A DNA stretch of 61,858 bases, filler included, from Nemertoderma westbladi (GCA_032718475.1; 3 parts of 3 records of this genome joined end to end with filler, not necessarily neighbours in it), one strand, 5' to 3'. Counted from the whole stretch's first letter, positions 40,596-55,639 are shown. Notes: generated by a model from the letters alone, not told the origin. Translations and numbers: made by a program.

Positions 40596-41108
40596 TAGGG
40601 ATGTCCCGGAATTCCGGCGGTTTTTGTCCGATTCAGGGTTCCGACCGGTAAAATGTACCGGTACTATTAAATCTCGTTCACTATTTAACCTGCTCATTTC
40701 CCTTAATGACAACAGGATATTGCACCAAAGGCCCTAGTAACGCGAAGGTTTCTGGTCAACGTGAGCCTAAAAACCGAACTTCTGGCCAAGGTTATAGGTT
40801 TTTGTAAAAATAAATGAGATATAATTCCCTGTCGTTTAAGGCCGAAGTACCGCCCTCGCCCCCCCGTCCCTATAATAGGCCGTAACGGGCCAGGCCACTC
40901 TTCACCCACCTTAATTCCCCCAAGGTGCTGATTGATCTCGATCTCTAGTGAACTTGGCTTTAGAAATTAAAAATACATTTATTACACAAAAAATTATAAT
41001 ATTTCCTGTGTCATTTAGTGTAATTCACTAATTATACAAAATTCCGGTTCCGGCATCTTTGATTCCGGTTCCGGCCGGAATCAAAATATCGATTCCGGGA
41101 CATCCCTA
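40596..41108. mobile_element. hAT-type MITE
   Basis: TIR tagggatgtcccggaat / attccgggacatcccta; same family as 58116-59369; TSD not intact. Confidence 0.8.
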
Positions 41109-41717
41109 GTTGGTTTATCATCATTACCGGTATAAGCATATAATTAATTACTATAAGAGGATTAAAAAGGACAAAATACAAATTTAGGGACGAACGAAAA
41201 TTAGAGTAAATCCGGCCACATTTTCGGATTAACGGTACTAAATCAAATAAATTAATATTGTTTTTGTTTATAAGGTAAATGAATGTCCCTTACCGTGTTA
41301 AAAAACAATCCACAACTCGGAGTTTCCGAACTCGGAGTTTCCGTGAAGCATCGCATAGAATTCAGCTAAAGCAATGAAAATAATTAATTAAGAATTTTGT
41401 TGAGCGAAAAGTTACAATAGTTACAATAACTGTTACTCTTATATCATCATTGAATGAGAAGGTCTAAACGGGAATATCTAGTTTACCTAATTCAATTTGA
41501 ACTGGTAGTAATGAAATGCTGGTGAGGAGTTCAATAATAATAGACATCCAGCCTTATAATCCGATTGGTGACGTCAATATTATTAATTAATAAGGAATCG
41601 GATCGTATTTTATTTATAATTTAGAAAGTTAGGGAGAAAAAAATAGCTGATTGGCTGAAATTTGCCGCAGATATCGCTGGCTAAATAAGTTTAGCGCAGT
41701 AAACGTAGATTACATAG

Positions 41718-43801
<2,084 letters not shown>

Positions 43802-43921
43802 TTTTCTTGCCGGAATCGGTACTCAATCCAGGTAGGCCTACCTGTCAGCCTGTACTGCTGTACCGTAGCCTGGTAGCTGTAGTGGACACCGGTCTGCCGG
43901 TGGATTTCGATTAAGTCAGAC

Positions 43922-43954
43922 CAAGGCGTTCTTAACTTAGTTAAGAACGCCTTG
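43922..43954. mobile_element. 33-bp palindromic P-like mini-element
   Basis: caaggcgttcttaact-t-agttaagaacgccttg flanked by perfect 8-bp TSD agtcagac (43914-43921 and 43955-43962). Confidence 0.85.
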
Positions 43955-44003
43955 AGTCAGACCAAAGCAAATACGGTACTGAAATACAGTGTAGTTCATT
44001 TAA

Positions 44004-46870
44004 CACTAATGCTAGCGCATGGACTACATTTGTAGTCAAGCCACTTTCAACAACTCTCCCCTCATCAACTTCTAATGCCTTGAAGGTGGTGCTTCATCTA
44101 TCTGTAGGAAAACGCGTTTTCTATTGGATAATGCGTTTATATTATTGTATTTCCTGGCCAATGCCTGAGTTAAATGGTTAATTAATGTTGTTTAGCATAT
44201 GGACTACATTTGTACAGTAGTCACAGTGTAGTATAAGGGATTTTGACAAATTTAGTTAGTCATTGTCTTTATAAACCGTAGAGGCCCAGGGGCACCTGTC
44301 TGTATTCACTAAATATATTCATACAAATATGCAGAATTTAATTCTGGATAATACTATCTGACTGTAGGCCTAAATTATTACTTTCAGAATCAAATTTAAA
44401 TACAGTACTGAGGTAGAGTTGCCGACCTGTTACTAACTAACCTGCCACATATAGCCTCCTATAAGTGATACAAATGCAATGACAAACTATAATCGGCTAT
44501 TGTTTGAAAGCTATTTTCCTGATCAACGTGACCGTGATATTTTGGAGCAAGCTATTGAAACTATAAACGTACAGCACTGGCTTGATCTTGGTGATGAGGC
44601 ACCGGAACAAGATGAAGAAAATGGCACACAAAATGATGGAATCGAAAATACAGTTGATATTTGTAATGTGGCAACGGGAACAGATATTAGAAATTCTGAT
44701 GATGATGTTGAAAATGTGGTTGGTATCAGTGTCATTTTGGATGATGATGAGGCTGGTGATCTCAGCAGTGCTTCGGATTTTGACATGGAAACCACTCCAT
44801 TTGACTGTAGTGATTTGACCGACAGTGATACGAGTTCAGGTAATACTCTGCCTGCTGTCCACCCAATTTATGTGGCAAAGTCAGGTGCAGAATACACCAC
44901 TGTGCAACCCCAACCATGCAAGCGTAGTAAACAAGATATTATCCGTTTCAGACCAAGAGCCTTAGTCAATCCTGCAAGTGAAACTGAAAGTTTTGGCCTA
45001 TACTTTACTGAAGAAATCCTTTATATTGTACTCCAAGAAACAAATAGACGAGGGAGGATATTGTTTTCAATAAAAAATCCCGGAGTGTCTGTCAGTAGAT
45101 TCAAGGCTTTCTCATGCATAGCGCTTCGTGCAGGTATAGGTTTGCTGCTTCTAGCCGGTGTATACAAAAGTTCCCACCAACAGCTAACTGAGTTATGGAA
45201 CCCGATTCACGGTCCTCCAATGTTTAGAGCCACCATGGGTTATAATCGTTTTGTTAGTCTCATTCAATGCCTACGTTTCGACAATAAAGCTACTCATGGA
45301 GAACGTTTGAAAACTGATAAGTTTGCTGCTATACGAGATGTATGGAACATGTTTCAGGATACTTTGCTAAAGTACATCATACCTGAAGAGCAATTAACGA
45401 TAGATGAACAGTTGCTTGGATATGAGGACGAATGCCAGGCGCGTACGTACATGCCATGCAAACCAGGGAAATTCGGTTTGAAAAAAAATTGGATTGTAGA
45501 GGCAAAATCAGGATTTGCATTAAAGGGGTTGATATATAGTGGCAAAGATACCGATGGAAAAGTTCATAAGGGGCTAGCAACCGAAATTGTGATGGAATTG
45601 AGTACCCCTTTCTATTACACTGGACGAGGGATAACAACCGATAACTATTTCACTTCCTTTTCATTGGGGGTGAAACTCAAGGAGAAGGACTTGTCATTAT
45701 TGGGAACACTCCGTGGTAACAGAAAGGAAATACCAAATGAAATAAAAAATATTAAAGATCGCTCCCCTGATACATCGGTTTTCGTCCACAATTCAGCTGA
45801 AAAGATAACTATTGTTTCATATGTCCCAAAAAAGAACAAAAATGTTATTCTACTGAGCACGTCCCACGATCGATTTGAAGTAAACAAGGAAGGTAAGGCA
45901 ATAATGATAGAGGATTATAATGAAACCAAGTATGGTGTTGATCTGCTGGATATGAGAATAGCTCACTTCTCTTGTAAAAGAAAAACGAATCGGTGGCCTC
46001 TGGCAGTCTTCTTCAACATTTTAGACATAGCTGGGTTGAACGCATTTCTATTGATGGTGAAGAATGGTTACAGAAATGATCGTCGTGCTTTTATCAAGAT
46101 ACTGTCACTTTCATTGGTGGAAGGAAGCAAACATTAAGTTGAGATTATATTCACTGCAATTACCAAGATCATCGCGTTTGGCTGCATCTGTATTGGGATA
46201 TAAAAGTCTGCCAAATAGTAAAGTTCCTTCTGCGGGTCCCAGACGATGTAAGCTATGTTTAGAAAGGTCAGATAGCAAGCAAACGAGAGTCCGGTGTGAT
46301 AAATGCTTTGTACCAGTCTGCAAAGATCACCATATCGTTGTGAAAACATGTATTGAATGTTTGGGAGTCTAGACAAGTAACAACTATAGGCTTACCAGTG
46401 CTTCATAATAAACTATGCAATATTTAGAAAGGTTTAGCATGTTTAAAATTTAGAAACGTCATATAGCAAGCAAACAAGAGTCCGGTGTGATAAATGCAAA
46501 GATAACCACAAACTTTTATTGACTGTTTGGGTATCTAAACAAACAACAACACAACTGTAGTCTTCCTACTTTTTTTATATGAACTGAACTATGCAATACA
46601 ATTTTATGTTGGAACTGAATATACAGATATACTTAAATAACCTAGAGCTCACACATAATCATGTTGTTGTTATTGTATATGTTGTCCAACCCCCCCCCCC
46701 CCCCCCCCCAACCTAAAGTTTGGCATGAAAATGGTTCCAAACTATTTATTTTCTATTTTTAAATAAAATTATTCAAAAAAATAACATTGTAAATAATGTT
46801 CAAATAATGTGACTACAAATGTAGTCCATACGCTAAACAACTTATATTGGAAACTGTGCTAGGATTAGTG
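44004..46870 (+). mobile_element. piggyBac transposon, near full length
   Basis: TTAA at 44000-44003 and 46871-46874; TIR cactaatgctagcgc / gtgctaggattagtg; subterminal ggactacatttgtagtca repeats at about 44020, 44200 and inverse at about 46810. Confidence 0.95.
44479..46372 (+). pseudogene. piggyBac (PGBD4-like) transposase, frameshifted before the C-terminal Cys-rich domain
   Basis: 552-aa ORF with IDEQL, TDNYFTS and GVDLLD triad, LRFD, KPGKFG, RWP. CRD CKLC..CDKC..VCKDH..CIEC lies in another frame (to 46372). Confidence 0.9.
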
Positions 46871-48043
46871 TTAATACTGTAATAGGATTTCGGTACCGGT
46901 AGCAGGGCCTATATGGAATATTGACAAAAAGCGCGCCACACGGATTCTGGTTAAACGAAAAGCGCGCCAGCCATGACATTCAATGCGCGCCAACCATTGA
47001 AAAATTAACCATTAAATTTTGCAATTATTGTAATCATTTATCAGTTTATACTGCAGTACCTACGCTACAGACCTAGAGCTAGACCCACTCCTACAGTAAT
47101 TTAACATGAAAATGCGAGCGCAGCGAGCAAGAAAATTTTGCAGAAATGTAAACATGAATAGGCGTACAGTAGTACTGTAATATTCAGATAGTAGGTCAAC
47201 CGACTGTTTTTAAATACAGACTGACAGACGTGATTAAATTGCGAGCGTAGCGAGCAAGAAAATTTTATCATTTTTTGGTCCACCGACTGGACCGACTAAC
47301 CGACTATTTTTTACCTACAGATGTGATTATGAATTAAATCGGAGTGTAGCGAGCACGGAAAATCTGCTGAATTGTGGTTTTATGCTATATTGGTGTGAAC
47401 AATTGAAAAACCTTTCAAACAACTCATATTTTGAAAGACATTAAAACTTTGGCCTGATTGGCCATGATGATTAACGTGGATTGGATACGGTACCTTCAAT
47501 GCTCAATCTGTCGGTTTGTCCATAATGTGGGAGTGCAAAACAGTTCAAGGCACGTAACTACTTCTATAGGTTAATAAACAAATACAAAAAATACAGTAAT
47601 AAAATATCACTAATCAAATATCATTATTATTAATTAATCTGGACACCCCCCAGTCGGGGTAAATGGTAAAAACCTAAGTGCTGTAATTATATATTAAATT
47701 GCACGGAATCTAAAATTTATAAATTATTAAAATATTAATATATGGTCTAAAATAATTAGTTATTGAGAGGATAAGGTGGATATTGTTGGGCATTTGTCGC
47801 AGACTAGGGCATGGTATCGGTTCTTTGCGGGTTGCAGACAGAAACGACATATACAGTCAATACATGCGGATCGTGGTAGGAATTATTTTCAACTAATCAA
47901 ATATCCATATTCTATTATTAGAATATGTTATTAGAATGATGAATAAGAGTAGAGCGTACAGTAGTTATAATTTCAAGTAGAGTGGCTGGATATGTTGCCA
48001 TGTCCAATGTCAGTGCATTTTGCTACTGTACATGACATCCATT

Positions 48044-48158
48044 TCCGCGCCAGGATCCTCAATGCGCGCCACACGCCCCTGTTCCTTCGCGCCAGGATCC
48101 TAAATGCGCGCCACACGCCCCTGTTCCTTCGCGCCCGGATCCTAAATGCGCGCCACAC
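48044..48158. repeat. 42-bp tandem repeat (about 2.7 copies), probably transposon subterminal
   Basis: cgcgccaggatcctaaatgcgcgccacacgcccctgttcctt; the gcgcgcca motif also occurs at 46930-46992. Confidence 0.8.
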
Positions 48159-48476
48159 ATGTTGAGCAAACTCTACATAAATTCCAACCTGGTAGCAGGG
48201 TAGTGCAGTAGTGTCTGAGTGTTATTAAGAATAATGTGATAAGTTCTTCTTGCCCTCTCCCGGGTTATATCTCCACCGCGACCACAATTGATGCTAAACT
48301 CCAATACGATATGATATGAATAACAAACATACATATATATTTAATTAAGCAACAATAATGGCGGTACGGTGTATCTGGTGAGCACCTGTTCCTCTACTAC
48401 GCCCCGGCCACTATCATCACCATGGTCACGGCGACCACTTAATAGTTTAATAATAAATAGTAAGGTAATAAGTAGT

Positions 48477-48507
<31 letters not shown>

Positions 48508-48937
48508 TAACTAATCAGCTAATTGACTATAAATTTTCGTCCTTTTAAGAAGGATTTTTTATGTGCCCTAAATTTCATCATTTGTGCATCATCTTTTTAT
48601 CATGGTTACGAACATCTGTATGACGAGAATTGATAAATGTTCAAAAATTATTTTAAAAAATCCTTTTTTTGCCACATTGTTGTTACATTTTGCAATTTTT
48701 TACCTAAATTTGACACCTTTTGACAAATATTTCAAAAACTACACACAAAATTTAAAAAATACTCGTCACAGGGGGATGTTAAGCAGAATCCAATCATCAA
48801 ACATGCCAAATTTCACGTGAATCTTTTCATTTTTTTAGAAAGCCTTAGCAATTTAAAATTTATAAATTGCATTCACCAGAAAGTCCATTTAAAGTTAGTG
48901 GTTAGGGGAATTTAATTAAGTCTGTCCATTGCAAAAA

Positions 48938-49150
48938 GGCGGGGAGGCTCAGTTTGGTTGAGCGCCAGGTCTGCAATCTAATGGTTGTACGTAGAGCCCC
49001 ACCAGGGTCCATCAAGTGTGGGATCGATAAAATAAGTACCATTTATATTATTGGTATCAAATCGATGGATAGGATGTCCATCCATCAGGAAGTACAGTAG
49101 CTATCGAAAGAGCAGTCTTCGGTTCGGCTCGAGCCTCGGCCGGCTCTTTG
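48938..49150 (+). mobile_element. Diverged copy of the Nin/Deu-like tRNA SINE
   Basis: gctcagtttggttgagcgccaggtctgcaatcta...gatcgataaaataagtacc...gctatcgaaagagcagtcttcgg. Confidence 0.7.
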
Positions 49151-51484
49151 ATTTTGTCCGAATGCGCAGCAAGAATGCTTCGCCGGGTTCATTGTGTCAG
49201 TACAGTACAGTAGGCCTACGACAGTACAATGCACACATCTCCAATCAGTCTCTATACAGTACAACGTTGGCGGTGTTTCATTAGTCTCCCCTGGTTGCGA
49301 ATTAATTAGTCCAGGGTATAAGCGGAAACACACCAAACATACGAGGAGTAGGCTAACCAACACAAAAAAATAATTGTACAATTATTAACAATCAGATAAT
49401 TGTGTCACGAACAAGTTTGAACATGTCATTGATATCTACTTCAAGTAAATTATGTTTGAACGTTCATAAACGTTCAAACAACGTACAGACGTACATACTG
49501 TATTTAGGTACAAAAACTGAACGCAAAACTGAATGCAACTTGAACGTTCAATATTCGTTTGATTTGGTTCATATTCAATTTCGTTAAAGTTAGGACGTTA
49601 AATTACCTAATGTGAACGTCACAATTTGGTCAATTACTCACAACGTCAGCAAATTTTACCTATTTTGAACGATATTTCATTGATGTTCAGATTCGCAGGA
49701 ACAAAGTACCAAATATGGACGTCCAATTTCTTTCGTGGGCGTCCTGTGCTACCTGGGATTGGAACAAAGTTCGCAACTCTTGGAACAAAAGTTCACAACT
49801 ATCTGACTATTGCAGTATTGGAACAAAGTTCGCAACTATTGGAACAAAATTTGCAACCCATTAGAACAAAGTTCAAAAAAGTAGGTTTTGGAGCAAAGTA
49901 CCATACAAGTGAAACACAATCCATCCCTTGGATTTAATTGGTTAAATTAATTTAAAATTTACCGGATTACCTACCGCTTTCAGTCATTTACAAATATTCA
50001 GTCAGTCAGTACTGCAGTATGGTACCGGTACAGCACAGTACAGCAGTAGCCTACTGCATTAGCTTTAGTCAGTTAGTACAGTACCGGTACTGCAGTAGTT
50101 GATGCCTCCTGCCTACCACAGTCTGACAGTACAGCAATTTGCAGTAGGCCCTATGCAGTACCGAGTACCACTACAGCACTACTATGTACTACAGCACGAC
50201 TGTATCAGTGCTGCAGTGTAGGCCTATGTACTGAGGTATAGTCATAGGCAGATAGGCGGATAGGACTCTGGGCCTAGGTCTGCAGTCTGTAGCACTGTAG
50301 CCTGTCAGCCTGTAGGCAGGTAGGTAATACAGTAATACTGCATGCCCAAACGGCCAGATGCCTGCATGCAGCAACGGGCCTAACAGCCTAATACTGTATA
50401 TCATCAGTAATACAGTACTGCAGTAGAGCAAGAGCAGTACTGCCTGACTGAAGTTCAGTGCTGCTGTACTGTCTGAACTCTGAACTGTAAGTGTATTGAA
50501 CGTAGGTAGGCATCATCTATGATATGACAGTATGATGATCTAGCCTTGCAGCGTGCAGCCGTGCCGCATGCAGGCATGAGAAGGCCTCCCTATTCTGCTA
50601 TTGTCAGGTCAGACTGTCAGATTGTGGTATCAGGCGGGGTACGGGGTATGTAGGTATGACCAGATGACCGATGTACTGATCACTGACAGACTGATGTAGG
50701 GCCTATCCTGCTATCTGCCTATGTCACTCACAGACTCAAGCAGCTCAGTCAGTGACTACAGGCAGACAGGACTATCAGACTATACAGCTATAGGACAGAT
50801 ATACCGGTAGGCCAGTACAGCAGTCTGGCAGTAGGCTGTCAGGCAGTAGGCCTACTGACTGACTGACAGTCAGACAGTCTGATATTTGAAAACGTCACTC
50901 GTTGGTCGTCTGGCTCCAGTGCCAGTGAAAACTCACCCCTGCTGCCCTGCATTTATCAATTTCCACTTTGTGCAAATCCATCCCCGACCAGCCGATTAAA
51001 TTTCCCTACACCGCTACACCACTACACCGGTCAGCCGGTAGTCCTGTAGTCTGGTAGTGCATTCTCACCCCGGCTGCCTGGTCAGCCATTAGTATTAGTA
51101 TTTTTTTTGTATCTTCTACAGTAATTTACATTTACTATATAAACATCTTCTGCGTGTGTTTGTATGTCAGTCTCAGTATGTCACTATGTGTACTAGTCTG
51201 CTAGAGGTATCTGTGGTTGTCTGTTCGCTTCAGTTAACTGTAGGATTATATTAAATTTAAATTATATTGAAATTTAAAATATCATGGGGGTAGGAATACA
51301 CTGACTGACTGAGGGGTGTTAAATTTCACTAATAAAATCACCCAGAGTAGGCTCACCTCCGGTTAAAATACCCTAGTGATAATGAATTCTAACCGGGGGG
51401 GGGGGGTGAAAATACACTAGGGAATTTTAACCGGTGGGTGAATTTTTAAGGGGGTGGAAATTCTCTGCCACACCGGTAGGCCTA

Positions 51485-52553
51485 CAACTTTCTTTTTCTG
51501 TTTTTGATAAAGTAACACACCCTCCAGTTCGACCGAAACTATCAGGAAATCTCGTAAAATCGATGTATCTAAACTTCAGTCGAACGGGACCCACAACTAA
51601 CAACCCGACAACAGCGGTAAGGTTGTTGAACATCAAACTTCTGGATGAGGGTTCTTACTGTCTTACAAGAACATTACTGGTGCAATCCGTGATGCTGCTA
51701 CCGGTATCCCAAACACTGAAACAAACCGTTTAACCCCCAATCTAAACCATGGTCTGATGGTTCGATGGTGAGTGTTTCCACAAATGGAGAGAAATATTAT
51801 TTCTACGCCATGGTATAAATTCAAGCTCTTCGGGAACTGACATTATGCGTCTATGCTGCTATGTGATGCTAAACGATCGTACAAGGAACTGCTCTCCAGA
51901 AAACAAAATTATACCAACATAACTATTCAGGAGGACAATTTGTTCAGAGAAGCAGAAGCGGAACCATACAAATGGTGTAAGGGACAAAGTACTCAACCTA
52001 CTTGCATGGGAGACTCACTTTACCGAAATTGTAAGCGGCGATGTTGCCGCGATGACTCAACGAACTGACGAATACACAAGAAATCCCAGATCTAGGTTTA
52101 GATATCGATGATTCAAACGATGCGTGCAATCGTAGCTTTTCAGCAAACGAAGTTGAAAACGAACTGCGTAAGAAATGGAACGGTAAATCTGGTGGGGCCC
52201 GATTCTATGCCGTACGAATATTTAAAACACTTTATACACTTAACGTTACATTTATCGTTACTTATCTTTAACATCTGTTTTGCAACTGGTAGTCTAAAGT
52301 CTAGTATCATGTTGGAAGAATAGCCTAATGAAAGTATTATTTAATGGGAAAGGTTCTCGACTGCTAACTGATTGCTACCGTGGAATTGCGTTGCTATGCA
52401 ACCCTTATAAACTGATCACCAACTTGGTAGAAAGTCGCCTATGGGAATTCCTACACTGCCATATTCCCAAGGAGCAATACGGATTTATGCCCGGGCAATC
52501 AACTCTACAGTCACATCAATAATTTATAGCAAGAATTAATGAAAACATGTATC
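51485..52553 (+). mobile_element. Degenerate LINE ORF2 remnant
   Basis: GPDSMPYE, KGS....YRGIALL...YKL and EQYGFMPGQST, interrupted by stops; runs into the gap. Confidence 0.75.
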
Positions 52554-52653
52554 NNNNNNNNNNNNNNNNNNNNNNNNNNNNNNNNNNNNNNNNNNNNTTA
52601 ATTAATTAANNNNNNNNNNNNNNNNNNNNNNNNNNNNNNNNNNNNNNNNNNNN
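52554..52653. other. Scaffold gap linker
   Basis: N-run with embedded TTAATTAATTAA, 100 bp. Confidence 0.98.
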
Positions 52654-53800
52654 CCTGCGTTTAAGAAATATATTTAAATACAAAACAGGACGAGCACAAC
52701 GAGGCTTATAATGAAAACGAGTACTGCGTTGACTATTATTGTTATATAAACCACCTGGCTTCACATATTGAACGCATCCCTAGTTATTATTATTATAAAG
52801 ATCGTCCAGCCTGCGTTTAAGAAATATATTTAAATACAAAACAGGACGAGCACAACGAGGCTTATAATGAAGACGAGTACTGCGTTGACTATTATTATTA
52901 TATAAACCACCTGGCTTCACATATCGAACGCATCCCTAGTTATTATTATTATAAAGATCGTCAGCCTGCGTTTAAGAAATATATTTAAATACAAAACAGG
53001 ACGAGCACAACAAGACTTATAATGAAGACGAGTACTGCGTTGACTATTATTATTATATAAACCACCTGGCTTCACATATCGAACGCATCCCTAGTTATTA
53101 TTATTATAAAGATCGTCAGCCTGCGTTTAAGAAATATATTTAAATACAAAACAGGACGAGCACAACAAGACTTATAATGAAAACGAGTACTGCGTTGACT
53201 ATTATTGTTATATAAACAACCTGGCTTCACATATTGAACGCATCCCTAGTTATTATTATTATAAAGATCGTCCAGCCTGCGTTTAAGAAATATATTTAAA
53301 TACAAAACAGGACGAGCACAACGAGGCTTATAATGAAGACGAGTACTGCGTTGACTATTATTATTATATAAACCACCTGGCTTCACATATTGAACGCATC
53401 CCTAGTTATTATTATTATAAAGATCGTCAGCCTGCGTTTAAGAAATATATTTAAATACAAAACAGGACGAACGCAACGAGGCTTATAATGAAGACGAGTA
53501 CTGCGTTTATTATATTCCTATAAACCACCTGGCTTTGCATATTGAACGTGCGATTGGAAATAAGTTCGTGCTACCCTCCCGCCCCGTGGGTGGTAGATGT
53601 CGCGGTTATGTATTGGTGGGTGGGAAGGGGGGGGGGGGGGGGTGTAGATTAAAAGGGCTGAACACGTACTGTCCCCCTTTCTTTGATTGATTGGCGGTGT
53701 GGGTGAATTTCTCAAATACTGATTTTGTGATGCAGTCGCTCAATTTTAATTTGTATCCCATAACTGGGCCTCGTGCTGCGCGAAAGCCCCACGTACGTGT
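52654..53800 (-). repeat. HINE-like end A followed by a tandem array of 155-156-bp units
   Basis: Units start at 52654, 52810, 52965, 53120, 53276, 53431; 53520-53800 is the reverse complement of about 21109-21390. Confidence 0.9.
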
Positions 53801-54499
53801 TATTAAGTCAAACGATATACAAAGGTCTTTTTAAAAGGCAGCAATTAAATAAAAAGGTTCCAACATACTGTAATCTATACGTCCGTTTAAAAAGTAAGAC
53901 GTTCCAGTAAAATTGATATGTCCTTTAAAAGTAGTACAATAAAATGATAAGTTAATTATATCATGGTGCATGAAATGGGCGTGCAAGGAAATGCCTCTTA
54001 AGGTATAACCTTATTATCAAGAGGGTCCTCAAAATGCATTGTGGAATGAAATGAGTTAGTAATAGTAAGATCTTAAGTGAAAAAGCTATTACTTTGGGTT
54101 ATTAGTTTAATATAACAATTTTATCGTCGCCTCAGCCAATGTCTGTAAGGCCTAATAGTCTCAAAATATCAATTATAAAATTGTTGCTTTGTGAATTGTG
54201 AAAATAATTTAATTAAAAACACTAACTAGTCCCTCAAACTTGGTCCAAATTTCTTGAAATCAACTTTTTTGGATTCAGCACGATCGATCCTACCAAATTT
54301 ATCTCACAGTATATAATATTTAAATTAGCAAATTCTAATTAAATTAATAAATTAATTATAATTAAGCAATGGATACTACAGTTACTGTACAGTTGCTGCT
54401 CCGGAACAGACATCTCAACAATTACAGTACTAGCCTACAGTAAACACCAACGTAAACACACATGATTGTACAGCCTTTTCCACTAATGCTAGTAATAGT

Positions 54500-54910
54500 A
54501 GTCCGGAAACTGCTCATCATAATATTGTATTGAGTGATTTAACGGAAATAACAAATGAAGAAACAACAAATCTGATAAACAAATCGAAAACCAAATCAAG
54601 CCCTTGTGATCCAATGCCTACACGATTGGTCAATTCCTCAATGAATCTACTGGTGCCGATTATCTGTTTGATAATTCATTTACCATTGAAGACATGTACA
54701 GTCCCTACAGTAATCGTTTTAAAGAAGTCGTTCTAACGCCTGTACTAAAGAAAACTCGACTTGACCCGGAAACAATAAAGACTTTCAGGCCAGGTTCCAA
54801 TCTACTTTATGTATCTAAACTCACCGAGAAGGTGGTAGATGAGCAACTGATGCGATATACAGTATGAATCTTTATAATTTGTATAAACAGATGCAGAGCG
54901 CTTATGCGTA
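54500..54910 (+). pseudogene. L2/CR1-type RT fragment
   Basis: SPCDPMPTRLV, TPVLKK..LDP....FRP.SNL.YVSKL.EKVV..QL, QSAY; frame broken by two CAGTA insertions. Confidence 0.85.
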
Positions 54911-55639
54911 CAGCAGCAATATAAAATACTACATTTTTATTAATTTCCAAGTTTGTACAGTTAAATTGTTGAGGCGAATGAAGGATTGTACATTATGGGT
55001 ATATTTGGTTTATTACAGTATTTTAGTTAGGGTTAGTTGTTCAGGCCTCAACCATAATTAAAACTGTCATGTAACCCCAACCCTAAGTCATAATCTAAGA
55101 AATTTAGCCGAATGTCCGACATTATTGCCATAAGGCCCAAAGGGCCGATAATGAGTGTGCCCCCCCCCCCCCCCCCCCATCGCTTCAACCGCCCTCTTAA
55201 TCTGTACCACCCCAACCCAAAGGAGTACAGAGGATTACTGAAAGGCAGTTGTATTAACGGGAAATTTGTGTTTTAAAAGTAATATACAGTATTTTTAGGT
55301 GTGGAGGCAAACCAATTTGTCAAAATTATTAAAACTTACCTTATGCCGATACATGTAGTATGGATACTGAAATATTAATTTATCATATCAAAACCTCAAA
55401 GAAATTATTTAGTAAATGATTCTAACTCAGAATTAATTTTGCGAGATAAATAGTAAGCAAGCTGGCTTATTAGTCACTTTACACTAGTTGTGCCTGTCTC
55501 GCCTATGTCCCATAGATATAATTACCCGTTGCCAAAGATGAGATGATTGGACTATGGTTCAAAACTAATAGGCAATAGTTGGTATGCTAAAGGAATGATG
55601 AGGGAGGTATAGAGTAGTGACGACGGCATTTTGGTGGCT

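Noticed and set aside
44479-46137. Domesticated PGBD gene
   Set aside because: TIRs and TTAA TSD are retained and the ORF carries disabling changes, as expected for a decaying transposon copy.
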